In this document: piece after piece, positions 1-12,000 of the stretch | Layout of the letters: the number at the start of each line of letters is the position of its first letter | How positions within the stretch are numbered: position 1 is the stretch's first letter | Assembly: GCA_949358305.1 (NCBI GenBank) | Contig: OX442314.1 | Coordinates: 62,001-126,000, forward strand | DNA: 64,000 nucleotides | Reading direction: 5' to 3' | DNA from: Strigamia acuminata | Lineage: Eukaryota | Notes under the pieces: model-generated | What the model saw: the letters and a program-made list of their open reading frames with translations, nothing else | What the model was told of the DNA's origin: nothing | The model's database searches: none | Made by a program: the position numbers and the translations under genes

Positions 1-3000
1 AGAGCCCTCAGAGCCCTCAGAGCCCTCAGAGCCCTCAGAGTCCTCAGAGCCCTCAGACTCAGAGTTCTCAGAGCCCTCAGTCTGCTCAGAGCTTTCAGAG
101 CCCTCAAAGCCTTCAGAGCCCTCAGACTCAGAGCCCTCAGAGCCCTCAGAGCTTTCAGACTCAGAGCCCTCAGACTCAGAGCCCTCAGACTCAGAGCCCT
201 CAGACTCAGAGCCCTCAGACTCAGAGCCCTCAGACTCAGAGCCCTCAGACTCAGAGCCCTCAGACTCAGAGCCCTCAGACTCAGAGCCCTCAGACTCAGA
301 GCCCTCAGACTCAGAGCCCTCAGACTCAGAGCCCTCAGAAGTCTCAGAGCCCTCAGAAGTCTCAGAGCCCTCAGAGCCCTCAGAGCCCTCATAGCCTCAA
401 AAAACGCTGTATTTTATGCCAAAAAATGCTGTATTTTATGCCAAAAAATGCTGTATTTTATGCCAAAAAATGCTGTATTTTATGCCAAAAAATGCTGTAT
501 TTTATGCCAAAAAATGCTGTATTTTATGCCAAAAAATGCTGTATTTTATGCCAAAAAATGCTGTATTTTATGCCAAAAAATGCTGTATTTTATGCTAAAA
601 AATGCTGTATTTTATGCCAAAAAATGCTGTATTTTATGCCAAAAAATGCTGTATTTTATGCCAAAAAATGCTGTATTTTATGCAAAAAAATGCTGTATTT
701 TATGCCAAAAAATACTGTTTTTGTGCATAATAAGACTTTGTTTTTTGAAGAAATGTATTTTATACCAAAAAATGCTGTTTCGGTGCATTAAAAGCGTTTG
801 TTTTTATGAGAAAAAATATTTTATGCCAAAAAATACTGTTTTTGTGCATAATAAGACTTTGTTTTTTGAAGAAATGTATTTTATACCAAAAAATGCTGTT
901 TTGGCGGATAAAAAGCGTTTGTTTTAATGAGAGAAAATATTTTATGCCTCCAGAATGCTATTTTGATGAATAAAAAAAGTTTGTTTTTGCGAATAAATGT
1001 ATTTTATGTCAAAAAATGCTGTTTTTGCACATAAAAAGACTTTGTTTTTTGAAGAAATGTATTTTATACCAAAAAATGCTGTTTCGGTGCATTAAAAGCG
1101 TTTGTTTTTATGAGAAAAATTATTTTCTGCCTTCAAAATGCTGTTTTGGCGGATAAAAAGCGTTTGTTTTATGAGAAAAAATATTTTAAGCTCTCAGTGC
1201 CCTTAGAGCCCTCAGAGCCCTCAGAGCCCTTAGAGCTCTCAGAGCCCTCAGAGCCCTCAGAACCCTCAGAGCCCTCAGAGCCCTCAGAGCCCTTAGAGCC
1301 CTCAGAGCCCTCAGAGCCCTCAGAGCCCTCAGAGCTTTCAGAGCCCTCAGAGCCCTCAGAGCTCTCAGAGCCCTCAGACTCAGAGTCCTCAGAGCCCTCA
1401 GTCCGCTCAGAGCTTTCAGAGCCCTCAAAGCCCTCAGAGCCCTCAGACTCAGAGCCCTCAGAGCCCTCAGAGCTTTCAGACTCAGAGCCCTCAGACTCAG
1501 AGCCCTCAGACTCAGAGCCCTCAGACTCAGAGCCCTCAGACTCAGAGCCCTCAGACTCAGAGCCCTCAGACTCAGAGCCCTCAGAAGTCTCAGAGCCCTC
1601 AGAAGTCTCACAGAGCCCTCAGAGCCCTCAGAGCCCTCAGAGTCTCAAAAAACGCTGTATTTTATGCCAAAAAATGCTGTATTTTATGCCAAAAAATGCT
1701 GTATTTTATGCCAAAAAATGCTGTATTTTATGCCAAAAAATGCTGTATTTTATGCCAAAAAATGCTGTATTTTATGCCAAAAAATGCTGTATTTTATGTC
1801 AAAAAATACTGTTTTTGTGCATAATAAGACTTGTTTTTTGAAGAAATGTATTTTATACAAAAAAATGCTGTTTCGGTGCATTAAAAGCGTTTGTTTTTAT
1901 GAGAAAAAATATTTTCTGCCTTCAAAATGCTGTTTTGGCGGACAAAAAGCGTTTGTTTTAATGAGAGAAAATATTTTATGCCTCCAGAATGCTATTTTGA
2001 TGAATAAAAAGAGTTTGTTTTTGCGAATAAATGTATTTTATGTCAAAAAATGCTGTTTTTGCGCATAAAAAGACTTTGTTTTTTGAAGAAATGTATTTTA
2101 TACCAAAATATGCTGTTTCGGTGCATTAAAAGCGTTTGTTTTTATGAGGGAAAGTATTTTATGCCTAAAAAATGCTTATTTTGTACATAAAAAGCGTTTG
2201 TTTTATGAGAAAAAATATTTTAAGCTCTCAGTGCCCTCAGAGCCCTCAGAGCCCTCAGAGCCCTCAGAGCCCTCAGAGCCCTCAGAGCCCTCAGAGACCT
2301 CAGAGCCCTCAGAGCCCTCAGAGCCCTCAGAGCCGTCAGAGCCCTCAGAGCCCTCAGAGCTTTCAGAGCCCTCAGAGCCCTCAGAGCTCTCAGAGCCCTC
2401 ACACCTCTCAGAGCTTTCAGAGCCCTCAGAGCCCTCAGAGCCCTCAGAGCCCTCAGAGCCCTCAGACTCAGAGCCCTCAGAGCCCTCAGAGCCCTCAGAG
2501 CCCTCAGAGCCCTCAGAGCCCTCAGAGCCCTCAGACTCAGAGTCCTCAGAGCCCTCAGTCCGCTCAGAGCTTTCAGAGCCCTCAAAGCCCTCAGAGCCCT
2601 CAGACTCAGAGCCCTCAGAGCCCTCAGAGCTTTCAAACTCAGAGCCCTCAGACTCAGAGCCCTCAGACTCAGAGCCCTCAGAAGTCTCAGAGCCCTCAGA
2701 AGTCTCAGAGCCCTCAGAAGTCTCAGAGCCCTCAGAAGTCTCAGAGCCCTCAGAGCCCTCAGAGCCCTCAGAGCCTCAAAAAACGCTGTATTTTATGCCA
2801 AAAAATGCTGTATTTTATGCCAAAAAATGCTGTATTTTATGCCAAAACAATGCTGTATTTTATGCCAAAAAATGCTGTATTTTATGCCAAAAAATGCTGT
2901 ATTTTATGCAAAAAAATGCTGTATTTTATGCAAAAAAATGCTGTATTTTATGCCAAAAAATACTGTTTTTGTGCATAATAAGACTTTGTTTTTTGAAGAA

Positions 3001-6000
3001 ATGTATTTTATACCAAAAAATGCTGTTTCGGTGCATTAAAAGCGTTTGTTTTTATGAGAAAAAATATTTTCTGCCTTCAAAATGCTGTTTTGGCGGATAA
3101 AAAGCGTTTGTTTTAATGAGAGAAAATATTTTATGCCTCTAGAATGCTATTTTGATGAATAAAAAGAGTTTGTTTTTGCGAATAAATGCTGTTTTTGCCC
3201 TCAGAGCCCTCAGAGCCCTCAGAGCCCTCAGAGCCCTCAGAGCCCTCAGAGTCCTCAGAGCCCTCAGAGCCCTCAGACTCAGAGTCCTCAGAGCCCTCAG
3301 AGCCCTCAGAACCCTCAGAGCCCTCAGAGCTCTCAGAGCCCTCACACCTCTCAGAGCCCTCAGAGCCCTCAGAGCCCTCAGAGTCCTCAGAGCCCTCAGA
3401 GCCCTCAGACTCAGAGCCCTCAGAGTCCTCAGAGCCCTCAGAGCCCTCAGACTCAGAGCCCTCAGAGCCCTCAGAGCCCTCAGAGCCCTCAGAGCCCTCA
3501 GAGCCCTCAGAGCCCTCAGAGCCCTCAGAGCCCTCAGAGCCCTCAGAGCCCTCAGAGCCCTCAGAGCCCTCAGACTCAGAGTCCTCAGAGCCCTCAGTCC
3601 GCTCAGAGCTTTCAGAGCCCTCAAAGCCCTCAGAGCCCTCAGACTCAGAGCTCTCAGAGCCCTCACACCTCTCAGAGCTTTCAGAGCCCTCAGAGCCCTC
3701 AGAGCCTTCAGAGCTCTCAGTGCCCTCAGAGCCCTCAGAGCCCTCAGAGCCCTCAGAGCCCTCAGAGCCCTCAGAGCCCTCAAAGCCCTCAGAGCCCTCA
3801 GAGCCCTCAGACTCAGAGTCCTCAGAGCCCTCAGTCCGCTCAGAGCTTTCAGCCCTCAAAGCCCTCAGAGCCCTCAGACTCAGAGCCCTCAGAGCCCTCA
3901 GAGCTTTCAGACTCAGAGCCCTCAGACTCAGAGCCCTCAGACTCAGAGCCCTCAGACTCAGAGCCCTCAGACTCAGAGCCCTCAGACTCAGAGCCCTCAG
4001 ACTCAGAGCCCTCAGACTCAGAGCCCTCAGACTCAGAGCCCTCAGACTCAGAGCCCTCAGACTCAGAGCCCTCAGACTCAGAGCCCTCAGACTCAGAGCC
4101 CTCAGAAGTCTCAGAGCCCTCAGAAGTCTCAGAGCCCTCAGAGCCCTCAGAGCCCTCAGAGCCTCAAAAAACGCTGTATTTTATGCCAAAAAATGCTGTA
4201 TTTTATGCCAAAAAATGCTGTATTTTATGCCAAAAAATGCTGTATTTTATGGAAAAAAATGCTGTATTTTATGCCAAAAAATGCTGTATTTTATGCCAAA
4301 AAATGCTGTATTTTATGCCAAAAAATGCTGTATTTTATGCCAAAAAATGCTGTATTTTATGCCAAAAAATGCTGTATTTTATGCCAAAAAATGCTGTATT
4401 TTATGCCAAAAAATGCTGTATTTTATGCCAAAAAATGCTGTATTTTATGCAAAAAAATGCTGTATTTTATGCCAAAAAATACTGTTTTTGTGCATAATAA
4501 GACTTTGTTTTTTGAAGAAATGTATTTTATACCAAAAAATGCTGTTTCGGTGCATTAAAAGCGTTTGTTTTTATGAGAAAAAATATTTTCTGCCTTCAAA
4601 ATGCTGTTTTGGCGGATAAAAAGCGTTTGTTTTAATGAGAGAAAATATTTTATGCCTCCAGAATGCTATTTTGATGAATAAAAAGAGTTTGTTTTTGCGA
4701 ATAAATGTATTTTATGTCAAAAAATGCTGTTTTTGCACATAAAAAGACTTTGTTTTTTGAAGAAATGTATTTTATACCAAAAAATGCTGTTTCGGTGCAT
4801 TAAAAGCGTTTGTTTTTATGAGAAAAAATATTTTCTGCCTTCAAAATGCTGTTTTGGCGGATAAAAAGCGTTTGTTTTATGAGAAAAAATATTTTAAGCT
4901 CTCAGTGCCCTCAGAGCCCTCAGAGCCCTCAGAGCCCTCAGAGCTCTCAGAGCCCTTAGAGCCCTCAGAGCCCTCAGAGCCCTCAGAGCCCTCAGAGCCC
5001 TCAGAGCCCTCAGAGCCCTCAGAGCCCTCAGAGCTTTCAGAGCCCTCAGAGCCCTCAGAGCTCTCAGAGCCCTCACACCTCTCAGAGCCTTCAGAGCCCT
5101 CAGAGCCTTCAGAGCTCTCAGTGCCCTCAGAGCCCTCAGAGCCCTCAGAGCCCTCAGAGCCCTCAGAGCTCTCAGAGTCCTCAGAGCCCTCAGAGCCCTC
5201 AGACTCAGAGCTCTCAGAGCCCTCACACCTCTCAGAGCTTTCAGAGCCCTCAGAGCCCTCAGAGCCTTCAGAGCTCTCAGTGCCCTCAGAGCCCTCAGAG
5301 CCCTCAGAGCCCTCAGAGCCCTCAGAGCCCTCAGAGCCCTCAAAGCCCTCAGAGCCCTCAGACTCAGAGCTCTCAGAGCCCTCACACCTCTCAGAGCTTT
5401 CAGAGCCCTCAGAGCCCTCAGAGCCTTCAGAGCTCTCAGTGCCCTCAGAGCCCTCAGAGCCCTCAGAGCCCTCAGAGCCCTCAGAGCCCTCAGAGCCCTC
5501 AGACTCAGAGTCCTCAGAGCCCTCAGTCCGCTCAGAGCTTTCAGCCCTCAAAGCCCTCAGAGCCCTCAGACTCAGAGCCCTCAGAGCCCTCAGAGCTTTC
5601 AGACTCAGAGCCCTCAGACTCAGAGCCCTCAGACTCAGAGCCCTCAGACTCAGAGCCCTCAGACTCAGAGCCCTCAGACTCAGACTCAGAGCCCTCAGAG
5701 CCCTCAGAGCCCTCAGAACCCTCAGAGCCCTCAGAGCTCTCAGAGCCCTCACACCTCTCAGAGCCCTCAGAGCCCTCAGAGCCCTCAGAGTCCTCAGAGC
5801 CCTCAGAGCCCTCAGACTCAGAGCCCTCAGAGTCCTCAGAGCCCTCAGAGCCCTCAGACTCAGAGCCCTCAGAGCCCTCAGAGCCCTCAGAGCCCTCAGA
5901 GCCCTCAGAGCCCTCAGAGCCCTCAGAGCCCTCAGAGCCCTCAGAGCCCTCAGAGCCCTCAGAGCCCTCAGAGCCCTCAGACTCAGAGTCCTCAGAGCCC

Positions 6001-9000
6001 TCAGTCCGCTCAGAGCTTTCAGAGCCCTCAAAGCCCTCAGAGCCCTCAGACTCAGAGCTCTCAGAGCCCTCACACCTCTCAGAGCTTTCAGAGCCCTCAG
6101 AGCCCTCAGAGCCTTCAGAGCTCTCAGTGCCCTCAGAGCCCTCAGAGCCCTCAGAGCCCTCAGAGCCCTCAGAGCCCTCAGAGCCCTCAAAGCCCTCAGA
6201 GCCCTCAGAGCCCTCAGACTCAGAGTCCTCAGAGCCCTCAGTCCGCTCAGAGCTTTCAGCCCTCAAAGCCCTCAGAGCCCTCAGACTCAGAGCCCTCAGA
6301 GCCCTCAGAGCTTTCAGACTCAGAGCCCTCAGACTCAGAGCCCTCAGACTCAGAGCCCTCAGACTCAGAGCCCTCAGACTCAGAGCCCTCAGACTCAGAG
6401 CCCTCAGACTCAGAGCCCTCAGACTCAGAGCCCTCAGACTCAGAGCCCTCAGACTCAGAGCCCTCAGACTCAGAGCCCTCAGACTCAGAGCCCTCAGAAG
6501 TCTCAGAGCCCTCAGAAGTCTCAGAGCCCTCAGAGCCCTCAGAGCCCTCAGAGCCTCAAAAAACGCTGTATTTTATGCCAAAAAATGCTGTATTTTATGC
6601 CAAAAAATGCTGTATTTTATGCCAAAAAATGCTGTATTTTATGGAAAAAAATGCTGTATTTTATGCCAAAAAATGCTGTATTTTATGCCAAAAAATGCTG
6701 TATTTTATGCCAAAAAATGCTGTATTTTATGCCAAAAAATGCTGTATTTTATGCCAAAAAATGCTGTATTTTATGCAAAAAAATGCTGTATTTTATGCCA
6801 AAAAATACTGTTTTTGTGCATAATAAGACTTTGTTTTTTGAAGAAATGTATTTTATACCAAAAAATGCTGTTTCGGTGCATTAAAAGCGTTTGTTTTTAT
6901 GAGAAAAAATATTTTCTGCCTTCAAAATGCTGTTTTGGCGGATAAAAAGCGTTTGTTTTAATGAGAGAAAATATTTTATGCCTCCAGAATGCTATTTTGA
7001 TGAATAAAAAGAGTTTGTTTTTGCGAATAAATGTATTTTATGTCAAAAAATGCTGTTTTTGCACATAAAAAGACTTTGTTTTTTGAAGAAATGTATTTTA
7101 TACCAAAAAATGCTGTTTCGGTGCATTAAAAGCGTTTGTTTTTATGAGAAAAAATATTTTCTGCCTTCAAAATTGTTGAAAGTATGGATTGATGAACAAA
7201 TTCCAGGCCAAAAGTGAGTAAAAGAACAAGATTTAATCATCTCATGCAAGCATGGAGAAAAATCAACAACAAGAGAACAAGTAATAACAACAGTTGCTAA
7301 GCAGTTAAAAAACAACTCCAACTACGGTAACCCAATTGATACATCAATGTTTACATGATAATAAACTATAAAATCATAAATAATTACAAATCAAACATGT
7401 GTAACATCAATAATCAATTGCATATCACAAATCTCGGAGAACAAAAGCCAACAAAAATGCTGTTTTGGCGGATAAAAAGCGTTTGTTTTATGAGAAAAAA
7501 TATTTTAAGCTCTCAGTGCCCTCAGAGCCCTCAGAGCCCTCAGAGCCCTCAGAGCTCTCAGAGCCCTTAGAGCCCTCAGAGCCCTCAGAGCCCTCAGAGC
7601 CCTCAGAGCCCTCAGAGCCCTCAGAGCCCTCAGAGCCCTCAGAGCTTTCAGAGCCCTCAGAGCCCTCAGAGCTCTCAGAGCCCTCACACCTCTCAGAGCC
7701 TTCAGAGCCCTCAGAGCCTTCAGAGCTCTCAGTGCCCTCAGAGCCCTCAGAGCCCTCAGAGCCCTCAGAGCCCTCAGAGCTCTCAGAGTCCTCAGAGCCC
7801 TCAGAGCCCTCAGACTCAGAGCTCTCAGAGCCCTCACACCTCTCAGAGCTTTCAGAGCCCTCAGAGCCCTCAGAGCCTTCAGAGCTCTCAGTGCCCTCAG
7901 AGCCCTCAGAGCCCTCAGAGCCCTCAGAGCCCTCAGAGCCCTCAGAGCCCTCAAAGCCCTCAGAGCCCTCAGACTCAGAGCTCTCAGAGCCCTCACACCT
8001 CTCAGAGCTTTCAGAGCCCTCAGAGCCCTCAGAGCCTTCAGAGCTCTCAGTGCCCTCAGAGCCCTCAGAGCCCTCAGAGCCCTCAGAGCCCTCAGAGCCC
8101 TCAGAGCCCTCAGACTCAGAGTCCTCAGAGCCCTCAGTCCGCTCAGAGCTTTCAGCCCTCAAAGCCCTCAGAGCCCTCAGACTCAGAGCCCTCAGAGCCC
8201 TCAGAGCTTTCAGACTCAGAGCCCTCAGACTCAGAGCCCTCAGACTCAGAGCCCTCAGACTCAGAGCCCTCAGACTCAGAGCCCTCAGACTCAGAGCCCT
8301 CAGACTCAGAGCCCTCAGACTCAGAGCCCTCAGACTCAGAGCCCTCAGACTCAGAGCCCTCAGACTCAGAGCCCTCAGACTCAGAGCCCTCAGAAGTCTC
8401 AGAGCCCTCAGAAGTCTCAGAGCCCTCAGAGCCCTCAGAGCCCTCAGAGCCTCAAAAAACGCTGTATTTTATGCCAAAAAATGCTGTATTTTATGCCAAA
8501 AAATGCTGTATTTTATGCCAAAAAATGCTGTATTTTATGCCAAAAAATGCTGTATTTTATGGAAAAAAATGCTGTATTTTATGCCAAAAAATGCTGTATT
8601 TTATGCCAAAAAATGCTGTATTTTATGCCAAAAAATGCTGTATTTTATGCCAAAAAATGCTGTATTTTATGCCAAAAAATGCTGTATTTTATGCCAAAAA
8701 ATGCTGTATTTTATGCCAAAAAATGCTGTATTTTATGCCAAAAAATGCTGTATTTTATGCCAAAAAATGCTGTATTTTATGCCAAAAAATGCTGTATTTT
8801 ATGTCAAAAAATACTGTTTTTGTGCATAATAAGACTTGTTTTTTGAAGAAATGTATTTTATACAAAAAAATGCTGTTTCGGTGCATTAAAAGCGTTTGTT
8901 TTTATGAGAAAAAATATTTTCTGCCTTCAAAATGCTGTTTTGGCGGACAAAAAGCGTTTGTTTTAATGAGAGAAAATATTTTATGCCTCCAGAATGCTAT

Positions 9001-12000
9001 TTTGATGAATAAAAAGAGTTTGTTTTTGCGAATAAATGTATTTTATGTCAAAAAATGCTGTTTTTGCGCATAAAAAGACTTTGTTTTTTGAAGAAATGTA
9101 TTTTATACCAAAATATGCTGTTTCGGTGCATTAAAAGCGTTTGTTTTTATGAGGGAAAGTATTTTATGCCTAAAAAATGCTTATTTTGTACATAAAAAGC
9201 GTTTGTTTTATGAGAAAAAATATTTTAAGCTCTCAGTGCCCTCAGAGCCCTCAGAGCCCTCAGAGCCCTCAGAGCCCTCAGAGCCCTCAGAGCCCTCAGA
9301 CTCAGAGCCCTCAGACTCAGAGCCCTCAGAAGTCTCAGAGCCTTCAGAGCCCTCAAAGCCCTCCAAGCCCTCAGAGCCCTCAGAGCTCTAAAAAATGCTG
9401 TATTTTATGCCAAAAAATGCTGTATTTTATGCCAAAAAATGCTGTATTTTATGCCAAATAATGCTGTCTTTTATGCCAAAAAATGCTGTATTTCATGCCA
9501 AAAAATGCTGTATTTTATGCAAAAAAATGCTGTATTTTATGCCAAAAAATGCTGTTTTTGCGCATAAAAAGACTTTGTTTTTTGAAGAAATGTATTTTAT
9601 ACCAAAGAATGCTGTTTCGGTGCATTAAAAGCGTTTGTTTTTATAAGAAAAAATATTTTCTGCCTTTAAAATGCTGTTTTGGCGGACAAAAAGCGTTTGT
9701 TTTAATGAGAGAAAATATTTTATGCCTCCAGAATGCTATTTTGATGAATAAAAAGAGTTTGTTTTTGCGAATAAATGTATTTTATGTCAAAAAATGCTGT
9801 TTTTGCGCATAAAAAGACTTTGTTTTTTGAAGAAATGTATTTTATACCAAAAAATGCTGTTTCGGTGCATTAAAAGCGTTTGTTTTTATGAGGGAAAGTA
9901 TTTTATGCCTAAAAAATGCTTATTTTGTACATAAAAAGCGTTTGTTTTGTGAGAAAAAATATTTTAAGCTCTCAGTGCCTTCAGAGCCCTCAGAGCCCTC
10001 GGAGCTCTCAGAACCCTCACAGCTCTCAGAGCCCTCAGAGCCCTCAGAGCCCGCAGAGCCCTCAGTGCCCTCAGAGCCCTCAGAGCCCTCAGACTCAGAG
10101 CCCTCAGACTCAGAGAGCTCTCAGAAGTCTCAGAGCCCTCAGAAGTCTCAGAGCCCTCAGAAGTCTCAGAGCCCTAAAAAATGCTGTATTTTATGCCAAA
10201 AAATGCTGTATTTTATGCCAAAAAATGCTGTATTTTATGCCAAAAAATGCTGTATTTTATGCCAAAAAATGCTGTATTTTATGCCAAAAAATGCTGTATT
10301 TTATGCCAAAAAATGCTGTATTTTATGCCAAAAAATGCTGTATTTTATGCCAAAAAATGCTGTATTTTATGCCAAAAAATGCTGTATTTTATGCCAAAAA
10401 ATGCTGTATTTTATGCCAAAAAATGCTGTATTTTATGCAAAAAAATGCTGTATTTTATGCCAAAAAATACTGTTTTTGTGCATAATAAGACTTTGTTTTT
10501 TGAAGAAATGTATTTTATACCAAAAAATGCTGTTTCGGTGCATTAAAAGCGTTTGTTTTTATGAGAAAAAATATTTTCTGCCTTCAAAATGCTGTTTTGG
10601 CGGATAAAAAGCGTTTGTTTTATGAGAAAAAATATTTTAAGCTCTCAGTGCCCTCAGAGCCCTCAGAGCCCTCAGAGCCCTCAGAGCTCTCAGAGCCCTT
10701 AGAGCCCTCAGAGCCCTCAGAGCCCTCAGAGCCCTCAGAGCCCTCAGAGCCCTCAGAGCCCTCAGAGCCCTCAGAGCTTTCAGAGCCCTCAGAGCCCTCA
10801 GAGCTCTCAGAGCCCTCACACCTCTCAGAGCCTTCAGAGCCCTCAGAGCCTTCAGAGCTCTCAGTGCCCTCAGAGCCCTCAGAGCCCTCAGAGCCCTCAG
10901 AGCCCTCAGAGCTCTCAGAGTCCTCAGAGCCCTCAGAGCCCTCAGACTCAGAGCCCTCAGAGCCCTCAGAGCCCTCAGAGCCCTCAGAGCCCTCAGAGCC
11001 CTCAGAGCCCTCAGACTCAGAGTCCTCAGAGCCCTCAGTCCGCTCAGAGCTTTCAGAGCCCTCAAAGCCCTCAGAGCCCTCAGACTCAGAGCCCTCAGAG
11101 CCCTCAGAGCTTTCAGACTCAGAGCCCTCAGATTCAGAGCCCTCAGACTCAGAGCCCTCAGACTCAGAGCCCTTAGACTCAGAGCCCTCAGAAGTCTCAG
11201 AGCCCTCAGAAGTCTCAAGAGCCCTCAGAGCCCTCAGAGCCCTCAGAGTCTCAAAAAACGCTGTATTTTATGCCAAAAAATGCTGTATTTTATGCCAAAA
11301 AATGCTGTATTTTATGCCAAAAAATGCTGTATTTTATGCCAAAAAATGCTGTATTTTATGCCAAAAAATGCTGTATTTTATGCCAAAAAATGCTGTATTT
11401 TATGCCAAAAAATGCTGTATTTTATGTCAAAAAATACTGTTTTTGTGCATAATAAGACTTGTTTTTTGAAGAAATGTATTTTATACAAAAAATGCCCTCA
11501 GATTCAGAGCCCTCAGACTCAGAGCCCTCAGACTCAGAGCCCTTAGACTCAGAGCCCTCAGAAGTCTCAGAGCCCTCAGAAGTCTCAAGAGCCCTCAGAG
11601 CCCTCAGAGCCCTCAGAGTCTCAAAAAACGCTGTATTTTATGCCAAAAAATGCTGTATTTTATGCCAAAAAATGCTGTATTTTATGCCAAAAAATGCTGT
11701 ATTTTATGCCAAAAAATGCTGTATTTTATGCCAAAAAATGCTGTATTTTATGCCAAAAAATGCTGTATTTTATGCCAAAAAATGCTGTATTTTATGTCAA
11801 AAAATACTGTTTTTGTGCATAATAAGACTTGTTTTTTGAAGAAATGTATTTTATACAAAAAAATGCTGTTTCGGTGCATTAAAAGCGTTTGTTTTTATGA
11901 GAAAAAATATTTTCTGCCTTCAAAATGCTGTTTTGGCGGACAAAAAGCGTTTGTTTTAATGAGAGAAAATATTTTATGCCTCCAGAATGCTATTTTGATG

